Below, piece after piece: positions 1 to 12,600 of a DNA stretch of 64,000 nt. Within the stretch, counting starts at the first letter, position 1, and each line of letters begins with the position of its first letter. The DNA is from Monocercomonoides exilis PA203 (Eukaryota; Protista; Preaxostyla): positions 868,001 to 932,000 of the forward strand of contig LSRY02000010.1 in assembly GCA_001643675.2 (NCBI GenBank), written 5' to 3'. The notes under the pieces were generated by a model. It did no database searches and was not told where the DNA came from. It saw only the letters and a list, made by a program, of their open reading frames with translations. The position numbers and the translations under genes are program-made.

Positions 1-654
1 ATTGATATTTTGTGAAAATTTCCTTCTGAATCTAATATATGTGAAATGTCGAATAGTTTAGAATTGAAAATTTTTGTCGAGTTAGAAATATTAACATTCT
101 AATTAAGAATGTCCACAATAATTCTGAAAATAACTTATTTTTGTCAAAAGAAATTTTTGACAAGGCAAATAATTTTTTTCGCAACAGTTGTTATCTGACT
201 TTGGCAAAAGTCTCTCTCTTTCTCACACACACACACTCTTTTTATTTTTCCTTTTCCATTTCCATATCATTTTCATTTTCATTTTCATTTTTCTTATTTT
301 TATTTTTCTTTACACAATTGGTTTTACAGAAACTGGAAAAACGAAGAAAAAAGGAAGAAAAGATTTTTGCTAACAAATGAGCCATTTTAATCTTCCAGAA
401 AAAATCAAACAGATAAGTAAATATTAATCAAACATTTTGACATTTAAAACACTTCAAAAATATTTTTTATAATAATTTTTGAATATAGCAAAAATTGGAA
501 ATTTTGATTCAAGTTCAAAAATTAATTAATACAATTAATGTGGTTTTTTTTCCCAGTAATTTTTTGTTTTTTAATTCAATTAATAATCAGGAAAAGTAGT
601 TTTCCTTGATTAAAATTTCAGATATCAATTGATTGATTCTCATAATTTGGTGAA

Positions 655-3600
655 TTAGATCCAACTTATATCATCATCTTCAACAACAGAAATATCTTCG
701 GAAAGATCGCTTCCAACTGAATCTTCATCGACATTCCACAGGGAATCGTCTTGAGATGACTGATCAGTACATGTCTTTCGCAAAAGAGCTCCAACTGCTT
801 CTTTAGACTGATTTAACTGCTTGAACAGCCTTCTCCTATCCTTCATCATTCTCTCTTCCTCTTCCTTCTTCGCAGACTTCGCTTGCGTTTGAAGACGCGA
901 TGTGGAGCTTGTGGGTGTCTGCGTTGCAAGAGGCGTGGTGGGTACAAACAGGCTAAGTGATGAATGCCGTGAAAGCGAAGATCTTAACTCTTTCAGCTTC
1001 CATCTCTCATCTATTGCAATTTTCCTTTCTTTCTCTTTCTCATCAGCAAGGATTTTTTCATCGAGTATTTTCTGCTGCTCTTCAGGAGTAAACTCAATTA
1101 ACTTCTCCTTCTTCATTGTACCAATAAGAAGATTCCAGTTTATCTCTTCGCGCTCAATTCGGCTTTTCAGCAAATCCTCAATTTCCTTTTCTTCTTCTGT
1201 CTGTTGAACAATACGCTCAATTATTTTTGACTCCTTTCTTGTTTTAGCCAAGTTTTGCCCACTTGATACCATTCCCGATCCAGATCCCAATCCAAAGCCT
1301 TTGCTACGTGTAGTAAGTCCTTCCCCATCATCACCCCTTATACTTCTGGATGTGTTCTGCCGGCTTTCTCCATAGGTCCGGCTTCTTCTTGTAGTCTTGC
1401 CTCCTCCCACATTCCCCCTCACAGACATAAGCCCGTCTCCAAACAATGAACGCGAGGAGACCATCCCACTTCCTCCACCGCCACCTGTTTTTGTGTGAAA
1501 CGTCATCGCATCGTCGTCTCTTCTCGATTCTGGATTCGATGCGTCTTCACGGTGTCGCGCTGTTGATTGAGTAGTTGATCCATTTCCACTACCGGCCAGC
1601 AGAAATGACTTGCTGCCCATCTTCTTTCGCATCAGGGTGGATGATGTCCGCTTCAGTTTTAGCATCGACGATCTCCCACTTCTGACAGTTTTGTCTCTTG
1701 CAGTTGTCTGTGTTGATGAGGCCTCTTTTAAGAATCCTTCCTCTTGAGCTTGCTTCAGTTCCAATGCAGCCTTTTCTTTCTTTTCTTGCTCGGTCAGTGT
1801 GTCTTCATACTCTTTTTGAAGTTGAATAAGTCTTCTCCGTTCTTTAGCTCTCGGAGTTAGTTCATCATCAGGCACATCGTTGTCAGCAAAGTCCAGCATG
1901 ATTTCCTCAGAGTTAACTGTCTCCAGCTCATCAGCACACAATCCAGGAGACTTTCTTTCGTTTGCAACTCCAGTTTGACCATCAGGAAGCGGAGTATCTC
2001 TCCTTGAAAGAGTTCTGTATCCCTTTTGATTGTCTAGAGTCGTTTTATCTCTATTTTCCTCTTGCAGCTTTTCCCTGTTTCGCTTTCGTCCTTTTTCTTT
2101 CAATTCTTTTTCCTTCCGCTCGCGTTCAATTCGCTCTCTTTCCTCTTTTTCCTTTCTTTCTCTTTCTTCTCTTTCCTCTTTTTCCTTCTTCTCTCGTTCT
2201 TCTCTCTCCTTTTTGGCTTTGTTTAGTAAAGCAATCGTTTCTTTTGTCGGTGCAAGTGTCACTAGCGACGGTATGTTCAGATCAGATCTTGCGAGAGGCA
2301 CAAGAGTAGGCTCAGCAAGCGGAGCTAACGAACCTCCTCTCTGCAGGAACGTATGCTTGGACCATCCAAAAGAATGCCGAGACGCCATTGGATGCTCGAT
2401 TTTCGTTGTGTAGTTTGGGTTAAACTCAATATGCAGCTTTTCTTTCTCTTTATCTGCTCCGTCCACAGAAAGTGAGGATCTCCGGTTTGAATGAATGGGA
2501 GTACTAGATAAAGAAAAAGACTGAGATGAAGATGGCGAAAGCGTGGGAGTGAAAGATGGAGACATGTTTGCCATCATAACGAGAGGAGGAGCATCAATAG
2601 TCAGATTACGCTGCGATGACCGCATTTCTGAAGAGCGAGTGGGAGGCTTTGAAAAAGGAAAAGAAGCTGTTGTGCCGAGTTCGAGAGAAGACAAAGGCAA
2701 TCGTGGGGGCAAGGAAGAGGAAGACAAAGTAGAAGCAGATTCTCCTCCAACTTCAGATTGCGCAAGTGAAGCCTCAGACTGACTGGAAGCAGCAACTTCA
2801 TCTGGAGAAGATTTTGTATTTTGTGGAGGAAAGTCCTGCTGCTCGGTGGATAGCATTGCTGATTCACGGCCTTCCATTCCCGAAGTTAATTCTGAAGAAA
2901 CAAAGACTGAAGAAGATGAAGAACCCACAGGCGATGGGGTGAAAGCAGGTGAAATGGCGTGTGTTATGGATGAATCTGAGAGATTGCGGGAGAACATCGA
3001 AGATGGCGATACCGAAGGAGGAACAGCCGAAGTCGTTAACGAAGCTGAAGCGAGAGATGGAGAAGGAGTAGGCAGTGAAGCAATTGACCCAACAGGAGAT
3101 GCAGACGGCGAAGGAGAAGCAGATGGTGATATGGAAGGAAAGAATGAGCTTGATGCAACAGGAGCAGTTGATGTCGATGCAAGGGAAGAGGAAGAAATAG
3201 AAGAAGCAAATGGGAGCTGTTCAGCGGAGCTATTTGGCAAAAACGATGCCAGCGGACGAGAAGAGCCAGAAGCCCTGGATGCGGAAGCAAATGTAGCTGC
3301 AGAAAGAAGCTGAGAAGAGGAGGACATCGATGAAAAGTAACCAGGAAATTTCGATTGAGATGAAGAAGCCAAAGAAGCTGTTGGTAACGATACTTGAGAG
3401 CTTGGAGCATGTTTGAAGGCAACAAGTTCAATGTCATCTTTGCCATTCATTGTTTTTGAATATTCTTCTATTTCCTTCAGTTTACTACCAATTGATCCAA
3501 GAAAGTGTGTTGAGCTGCTTGTTTGATCGTTTTCTTCTTCAAATAACTGGTTCAACAACTGCTGCTTCTTGTAATTGTTTAGCCACTGCCTGTCCTCCTC

Positions 3601-6600
3601 CTCCTCTCTCTTTTTACGTATTTCTTCATCCTCCAGTTCATCCAGCTCATCAAATATGGATGTGTCATCAACGCTGAATTCTGCGCTATCGTTGTCTGTG
3701 TTGTTGCTTTCTGTCCCTGGAGTCAGCGCAGAAAGCATAGTCGCTGCACTCCGCTCGCTCTTTGGTGTGCGACTTGTGCGTTTTGATGCATCGTCCCGTA
3801 CACTAACAAGCTCATCCCCCAAAATCTCTTTCTTCACTGTGCCATTCACTTTCTGCATTTCTCGCATAAACATCTTTAAGTCAGCATCTCGGGCCTCTCT
3901 TCGCAGCTTCATCTCTTCCTCGAACTTCCCCAGATCAGTCATCAGATTCGTTAATAACTGGCGAATTCGTGGAAACTCTGTTTTGAACTTCTCTTCACGA
4001 TTTTGTTTCCATCCTTCGTAGTTCTCCTTCATTTGCGCCATCACATTGTTGAACTCTTCTTCTCTTTCCAACTGCAACTTTCTCTTCTTTCGCACCCTTT
4101 TCATTCGAACAACATACTTTTGCCATGAACCAAACACACGTTTCATTACATTCAGATCTCCTCGATGTTTCATCTCTTTCTTCTCTCTCCTCTTTTCCAT
4201 CCATTCTCTCCATCTTAGCAGTACAACAGGGCACAGCCTCACAAACGCGAATCGCATCAGTACACGCTCAAGAATGTCCTTTCGAATATAATCTTCTCTG
4301 AGAGCTTGCAAGAACGGAACACTCGCCCAACGTGAAGGCAGCGCAGGTATAAACTCTTCCGATAAGCGGAAAAACACAATCGCACGCAGCTTAACCGCCT
4401 TCTTGTATTGTGCCAACGCTGCCCAATACACAAACTTCCGAGTGCATTGCCTGCGCAGGATAAATCGCTGGCAACGCTGCGATCGGAAAATGCGAGTGAG
4501 GATGATGTTTGGAGCTGCCCAAAGCTTCCAGCGCTGAATCGCATCGTGTTTGAGATGCATTTTGTGCTTTTGTGTCACTAACCTTTCAAAGCGATCAAGC
4601 TGTTTCTTTTTTCTCAGCCAAACGAATCTCCAGTGCCGAATGCATCGCAGCTGTAGTGCAGTGTTGTACACGTCCACCATAACATATGCAATCTTGCGTC
4701 TTCTTATCTGCTTCACCGTCCACCATCGCCACATCTGAAATGCGTTCACCGACAGATCTTGTATTTTCTGTTCTTTCTTCTGTTTGTATTTCAAAAACTT
4801 CCTTCTCTGCAGAATACGCCTGAACCACTGTTGGATCACTTTTGCAGACTTTTGTCTGCGCATAAGCTGCTCAAAGCTCATTGGCTCGCTTCCGTCTGTT
4901 GACACCCGGCCGTTCTCGTCCATCATCATCAGCAATGCTTTCGTGTCCGAAGGAATCTCCGATAATCTATCTGAGCGCAGAGTGCCATCTGCATTTACTC
5001 CATCTCTGCCTTGTCCCATCCCTCCGTTCTGGTCTCCGCCCTTTCCTGAGTGTGAAGCTCCTTTCAGTTTTGATGAGCCGTGCCAACTTTTTATTAGCTG
5101 TGATAAAAGAACCGTTGGCGTTTTTGAACTGGCTGCAGTTGAACCGCCTGCAACATCTCGTCCTCCTTTGCCACCTCCAGTGAAATCAAAGCCCATTGCC
5201 TTTAGTTTTCCTTTCAGAAGAGTTGCCATTGATGTTCTTGGCTTTGCAGGCTGATTCTTTTTATCAGTATCTTCGTCTTCACTTCCAGCATTGTAAATAT
5301 CACCACTTGCCGAAGAGTTAAACTTCTTTTTCTTATTAGCATCGCCAGTAGCTCCCGTTAATCTATTCCACAATGATGCTGCATCCTTCACTCCAAGCTT
5401 GTCGAGTTCTTCATCAGAAATCGGAGGGGAAACACGAAACTTTGACTGCGGAGACATTGGACTAACATCATCTCCCTGTCCCTGCCCGATTGAAGTTGAA
5501 TGCAGCATGTAAGCAGGCGGAGATGGAGAAGGAGCAACTCCATTGGCAGAAAACGCTGAATCTGTTGCTTGTTGATTGCTTCCGGTTGGAGTGGTTTGAT
5601 TTTGAGGTGGATGGAACGAAAATGACTGTCTGTATTGTCCCATCATCGACAAAGAGCGACGGATAACAGGCTTTGGATGAGAATAAGGAACGAGTGTAAT
5701 TCCCCCAATTGTTGGCGATTTTGTAAGTGGAGAATCCGAAATTTGAGAAGGACTGCGTGGCGTCGTCTTTTGGGAGATGGACGTTGTAGTCGGAGAGCTG
5801 AATGAGTCAAAATCGAATTTTCCAACGGGACCAGCACCGCGTGCAGACGAAGGTGTGAACATTTCGTGGTGTGAGGCAGTGCCACGAACTGACGTTGGAG
5901 TGTTTTGATTGCTGCCGTTTGAATGACGCGGTGTTGATGTTGGTGCAATAGCTGTTGGTAGGATGTTTATGCTGAATGAAGCTGATCTGGTGGGAACAGC
6001 AAACATGTTTGGTGGTGGATGAAACATTTGAAACATGCCAAGAGAGTGTCGAGGTGTTGTGTGGAAGGGATCAAAGGAATTGTGGTCAACATTTATTAAC
6101 AAAGGTTTTGTATTCATTGGCTGACCGGATTGCCCAAAAAGAGTTGAGCCATTGTTGTTTTTGGTCGCTTCTGTGCTTTCTTTCTTTTCGTCTGTACTTT
6201 CATTCGATTTGTTTGCTTCTGTTGCTTCATTCTCACCAGTGCTTTTCTCATCCTCCAATTGCAAACGCGATGTTGCCGAATCAATCGGAGGGAGTGAAGA
6301 AGTGGTTTCTCTACGGTGGAACTGCTGCTCCTCCTCCCACTCGTCTCCTTCCTGAATGGCTGGTGGCAGCAGCGACGTCTTCATCACTTGCAAGTCCAGC
6401 TCGTCTTCTTCCGACTCTTCTTCCATTTCCATTTGCTGTGAGCTTTCATCGCTGAAGCCTGAATTAGCACTCTCTTTCGTTCCATCGCTGTCATCATCCT
6501 CTCCCAATGAATGTTGGCCATTTGAATGCAATTGATTACTCTGATGGCAAATTCTCCTCTGTGTCGAGTCGACTCTGCAAAATTCACCATTTTCACCTTC

Positions 6601-9600
6601 AAATACATTCGAGAATTTTTTGCTTCCGGCTTCTGTTTCTCTCTTTCTCGCTTCCTCTCTCTTCTCATCTTCACAAGCATCTTTATCAACGGCTCGTCTA
6701 TCGCTTCCGATATTTGACCCCTCATTCATTTTGAGTTGCTGCCCAATTGCTTCATTGTCCGCGATGCCATTTGACTTTGAACTTTCTTCTTGTTCTTGCT
6801 TTTGCATGAGACTTCGTTCCATTTTCCTCTTTTTCTTTTCTTCCTTCTTCTCTTCTCTTTCTCTTCTTTTGATCTCCCTTTCCACTTCGTTCAAAATAGT
6901 GTTCTCGTCATTTTCGACATCAAGAGGCGACAAATCTTCGCTTTGAAGGCTGCTTTTGCGACGATGATGATGTGATCGTCGATGATGGTGATGATGATGG
7001 TGGTTGTGCTTGTGAGTGGGCAATGAAGGACTGCGAAGATGACGCTTACTTCCCCTTTCGGCATTTGCTTGAATATCAGCATTTTCAATTACATCTTTTT
7101 CGCTTTTTTCATTTTGTGATCCATTCTCATTGTTCATGCTCCTTCTCGAACGTGAAGAATGTACAGAAGTTTTATCTTTTGTTCTGTTTGTGCTTTTTGA
7201 AGTGTAAGACGTTGACGACTCAGAGCCTGTCTGAGACGATGGAGATTTGAGAGAAGACGACGAGTCAGCAGAGCTGCTGTTGCGCGAGTGACTGGAGCTG
7301 TCTGTGCGGGACGAGGTGCGGCTACTGTGCGACGAGCTCACACTGAGAGTGGATCGGTGTGACTCCGAAGCTCGTCCACTTGTTTTCGAGTGAGGAGAGC
7401 TCGAATGGAACGTGGCAGTGGACGAAGAGGAGGCCCGGCTGTTGACTGAGATCAGATCAGTCGACGACTGCTGACCAATCTGCGATGAGTTGGCAGACGA
7501 GTTGCGCTGATGATGCGTTCTTTTCTTTCTGTTGCTGCTCACCCGCGACGACTCTTTGCAGCTGCTCCGTGCCATCCCCAACCGTACAGACGACGCAGCT
7601 GCAGGTGCCAAAACAAGCCCTTCTCGCTGGTGCTTCACAAGATTGCTGATAAGGCGCTGCTTCGGAGCCTTGTTGCTTTCTGAAATAGAACGAGACAATA
7701 TTTCAGTGAGCACATAAGACAGCCGGCTGTTTTTTCTCATCTCCTTCTGGCGCTTGAAGTTTTCTTCGGCTTCATCGCTGGTGTTGTTAGTCAGCTCACC
7801 TTCCGTCTTCATCAGTGGATCCAGATCTGTTCCATCGTATCGATTGACAGCCGATGGCGGGACAAAAAGAAGCGATGTAGATCCTAGCTTCTTCCTGTTT
7901 TTGTTGCTCCCATGCTCTCCTCGACTCATCCAATGCTTGTCTGCTCCCTGCAGCTTGTGGATGAGTGTTCGCGAGCTGTTTGTTCCGCTTGTGAGCGAAG
8001 GCGAAGGAACAGGCGATTTCCTTTTGCTGCTGCGAGATGCACCGCTTTTGCGTGTCAAATGAGCAGTATGGCCTTCGTCTGGAAGTGCAGAAGGAGAAGC
8101 TAAGACACAGCTAGTAGTTGACTCCACACCATCCGAAGTGGGAATGCCTGCAGAGAACGGGGTTGCTGGGATGGAGCCAGGTATTTCAAAGGAACGAGAT
8201 GGAGAGGTTGGAGAAGTGAGGCCTGAAAAGTTTGCATCAGAAAGCGCTCCTCCTTCGATTGACTGCTGCATCGCCATGAAAAATGATGTGTTTGCATCAA
8301 ATGGAGGAGCAGCAAACGAAGAAGGAGAGTTATGTGATTGAAGTGAATGCATTGCAGATGATGAATCAAAAGGCATGCTGGCAGAAGAAGCAGAAGTTCC
8401 ATTCACACTTTGTTCTCCATCAAGCTGCAGTTGGCTTGCTTTATACGAGCGTCTTGTTGCTGAATGGTTACGTGCCAACTGTGTTTTTTCATTGCCTCTG
8501 TCGCTAAACGGATCATCAGATGCATTTGCTTCGTATCCTCTTGAAGCTTCGTTGTTTGTGACTGGACGAAGAAGAGAAAGATTGCGTGTGGTAGCAGCAC
8601 GCACCCGTCTGAAGAGAGAACTGGTTGATTCGCTCTCTTCGAGTCCTTGCGTTAAAGACAGCTCATTGTCGACCGTAGTCAACGATCGCTGTGAGCGCGT
8701 TGGATAGTTTCCGCCTTGTCTGCTTCTATTAGCACTTTCATCTGTTGTATTATCAATAGAAAATGGAGAGGCTTCGTTGTCTTCATATTCATTGTCATCA
8801 TCAACTCCAATCTGCGCAACTGTGCGGCTTCTTCTTTTGCTTCTTCGTCTGCCAGAAGCTGCCCGCTGCTTCGGAGACAGGATGTTTTCCTTGTTTCTTG
8901 GTGCATATTCGCTTGTAGCTGAAGTGAGTGTCCGTGAAGTGTATGAAATGGCTGGGAGTGTGCTGATGTGGGGGTTTGATGTGGATGCCATTGAAGGCTT
9001 GCGAAATGATGTGGATGTCAAAGAAGGTGCTTGAGTAATGGAAGGTGAAGTGGTTGTGACTGAGGAAGAGAGGGTTGTTGAATTTGAAATGGAAGCAGAA
9101 GCAGCTTGTGATATGTGAGATGTTGTTGTCTTTGAAGGAGATTGCGTGGCGTTTAAAGGCAAAGATGATGAAATGGTGATTGCTCGTGTCAGAAGTGATG
9201 AAGTGCTGTTGGAAGAGTCCATTGCAGGTGCTTTCTGAATGGAAGAGTAAGGAAAGAATGCATTGGAAAGCAGAGAAGGCGGAGGCTGAGGGCGCGAAGT
9301 GGAACTTTTTGACTGTGTAACAGGTGATTTTGATGCCTTTCTATGCAGATCAGTGGTATGTTCGGGCTGAGCCGGCGCATCTCTCTGTGCAATGAAAGAG
9401 ATGCCCGGCTGAATAATCAGATTCTTCTCATAGGCAGTCTGGCGCCGTGCGAGCGACTTGGCGTTTGGAACAGAAAGCAAATTGGAAGAAGGCACAAAAG
9501 AAGCAGAAGCGGAAGGCGGAAGATGCTTTGTGGAGTAAGTAGAAGGAAGTGGAGATAGCATATTTGAGGAGGATGAAGAGATACTCGGTTGAGGCTTCAT

Positions 9601-12600
9601 CAACGCCCAAGCAGAGGAAAAGGATGAAGAAGCAAAATTGGACGAGGAAGGTGAAGAAGAGGATGATGTTGAGGTGTGTCTTTGAATAGAACGCTGGTTG
9701 TAATCAGCTTGATTGCGCTGAAGACTTCCCAGTTTCTCTCCGTTGTCTGTTTGACTTCTGTTTGAAAGAAGTTTCTGTTTGTCATCACTTCCAACATCTC
9801 TCTCTGATCTCCTCTGAGATTTCTGCAGAGCAACTGCAGCCTGCGACTCCTCCGACGAAAAAGACGCACTTTCGCTTTCGCTCCACGAGCCACCTAAACT
9901 ATTCTCCTCATCTTCGTCTTCATCGGGGACAAACGAAGTGGAAGAGCGTGTGGTTGTTGTGGTGGAGGTGTATGAAGAAACAGAAGATGCCGTCAGAGAC
10001 AGATCGTCCTGTGACAAGTCAGATCCGCTCTCGTCAAACTCATCGCTTTCATTCCTTCCGCTTCTTCTTCTCTTCTTTTCGTAGCTTGCTCCATTCTGCG
10101 TCCACGAATTGGCAGAGGAAGGCGTATCAGCCTCCAAAAACGACCGCTGCGATGAAGAATGCAAGATGGAGTCGCTTGAGGGCATCCAGAACGACTCACC
10201 CACACTCATGTCTTCTGCTAACTTGGGATCAATCGATGCAACAGAGCGTGACGAGGCTTCTGTTGCCAGGGGAGCAGGCGGCTGGGGAGGGTTGATGGAG
10301 AATACAGAAGGGAAAGAAGAGGAAGAGGACGAAGAAGAAGAAGAAGAAGATGATGATGATGATGTAACAGGAGTGAAATGAAAGAAACCTGTTGGCGTAG
10401 CAGGCTGACCTGTTGTGATGATGGTAGTTGCAGAAGTCATCGAGAAGCAAGATGGCAATGTTGAAGAAGATGATGAAGATGATGAGGGATTCAAAGGGAA
10501 ATCTTGTTTTTCAAAGGAATCGCTTGGAGTGAGCTTTGAGCTGACTTCGATTTCTTTTGGTTTCTCAAACAAATTGCTTTCCATAACTTGTAAAGAAACA
10601 GCTTCATCTTCTGCCTTTCTTGCTTCTTTCAAATTATTATCTTCTTTGTTGTTATTCTTGTTCTCTCCATCATTTTCTTTTTCTTTCTCTTTCTCTCCAT
10701 TTATGTTTGCATTATCTTCTTCTTCAACTTCTTCCCATTCATAATCCCATTCTTCATCATCTTCCTTTTCTCCTTCTCCATCCCAATCTTCCAAAACCCA
10801 GTCCCATTCAGAATCATCTCCTTCTTTCTTATCTTTATCAACATCAGCTTCAACGCTCTTATTGATATCACTAACTTCTTGAGGTTTCACTTCGGAATGT
10901 TCAATAGATTCGCTCTGTTGCGTTAATTTCTCTGTTTCTGCGCTTCTTTCTTCATTTTCAAAAGTATTATTTTGCTCATTTGCAGGCTTTGCATCAGGTT
11001 CTGATATGCCCTTCTTTTCAATTTCTTCTGTTTCAGTTGTGATATCTCCATTGCTTGTCGAAGGTTGTTGAATGAATTCTTCCTCTTTTGATTCGAGTTT
11101 TGCTTCGTCTCCTTCGAGTGCTTTTGCTTCTTCATTCTTTTGCTCCTCAGATTCGCTTGCCTGCAGTCTGGCATCATTCCCATTTTCCTTGTCTGAAACG
11201 GTATCCGAATTCATCCTTTTGACAATGTCTTCCACCTCTTCCTCTTCTGAATCCTTAAGCAGACTTGACCACGACGGCATAGACTCCACCCTTCTTTCAA
11301 ATCTTTCCTCTTCATCTGCAAATTCGTCCTTTGCCTCGGTGGATATGTCTGAGCTGTGTGCCATCAACTGCCTCCTTCGCTCTGTCTGCCTGCTGCTGAG
11401 TGTGTTGGCATCGGAGTATTCTGAAGCAGTTGTGTGTTTTGTGCGTGGAGAGGGAAAGATTCCAACAGCTGCTGCAACAGACAGCGCAGAGGGAGAAAGA
11501 AGAGACTCAAGAGAAGCAGCACTCATCAAGGAGTTCAGCGAATAGTTGTCGTGAAACAGAATGTTGCCATCCGCGTGGCCTTCGCTTGGGAAAGACAACT
11601 TCAAAGAAAGCTTGTTTGAAGGCAAGTTTGTTCCTTCAACTTTTTCTTCTTTTGTCTCACTTTCATGTTGGATATTTGCATCTGAGAGAAATGCTGAATC
11701 ATCAAAAGTTTGGTGACTTATCTTCTTTTTCTTTTTCTTTTTCTTCTTCTTCTTTTTGGTATTCGTGATTTTTAAACCATCAACTTCTTTCTCATTCACT
11801 TTCTCGTATGTGACTCCACCTTCATTTTTCTGGATATCATCAATTTTTGCAGAGACATTGCAAATCTTTGTTTCCTCATCATTCTTATCTGTCAAATTAT
11901 TGGCTGAAATTGCAAGGTCTTTTTCATCTTTTCGATAAGCAGATGAACTTTTGCGGTCTTGCGATTTCTTTCGTTTCAATTCTTTGATTCGATTGGGAAG
12001 TGAGAGTGAAATTTTTGTCGATTTTCTTGAGGCAGTCGATTTTTTGGATGTCAGTGTTTTTTGCCCAGTTTTTTCTTTTTTGCTCAAATTTTGTGGTTCA
12101 GATTTCATTTCTTTCACATCTGAAGTCCGAAGAATATGAGATAATCGAAGAGGCATAAGTCCGTCTGATTTTTGAGGAGTTTCACGAATAATTACAGCTG
12201 CTGTATGAGGAGTACGCTTTTGTGGAATCTGAGTTTTATCATTTTTATTTATCGATCTTTTTGCTGAAGCTGCAGAACGAGTTAATGAAGAACTTATTGA
12301 TGGATTTGATGCTTTTTTACTCATCGGAGGAAGTCTTTCCAAAGAAGAACGCGAAACTCTGCTGTATGATGATGAATTCCGAAGAGAATTATTAAGGCTC
12401 GTTGGTGTTGAGGAGCGAAGAAATTGCGAAGAAATCAAGCGTAAGGCTTCAGTGGGCCTTGGAGGAGATTTCTTTTGAAAAGTAATTTTCTTGTTTTCGT
12501 AGATAGGAGCTTTGTGTTGAATTTGTTTTAACTCTGATAATGCTTCTTCTTCAGTCATCGAAGAACGTACTGAAGATGAGAAAAGCGGAGGAAAATGAAA

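Noticed and set aside
141-380. Phe/Ser-rich short ORFs near the window start
   Set aside because: They lie in pyrimidine-rich simple sequence with CT/CA and TTTTCA repeats; non-coding.
902-12139. Many antisense and alternate-frame ORFs overlapping the large genes (also 42005-43450 and 52795-54321)
   Set aside because: These are shadow ORFs expected from low-complexity coding sequence; none has independent motifs.
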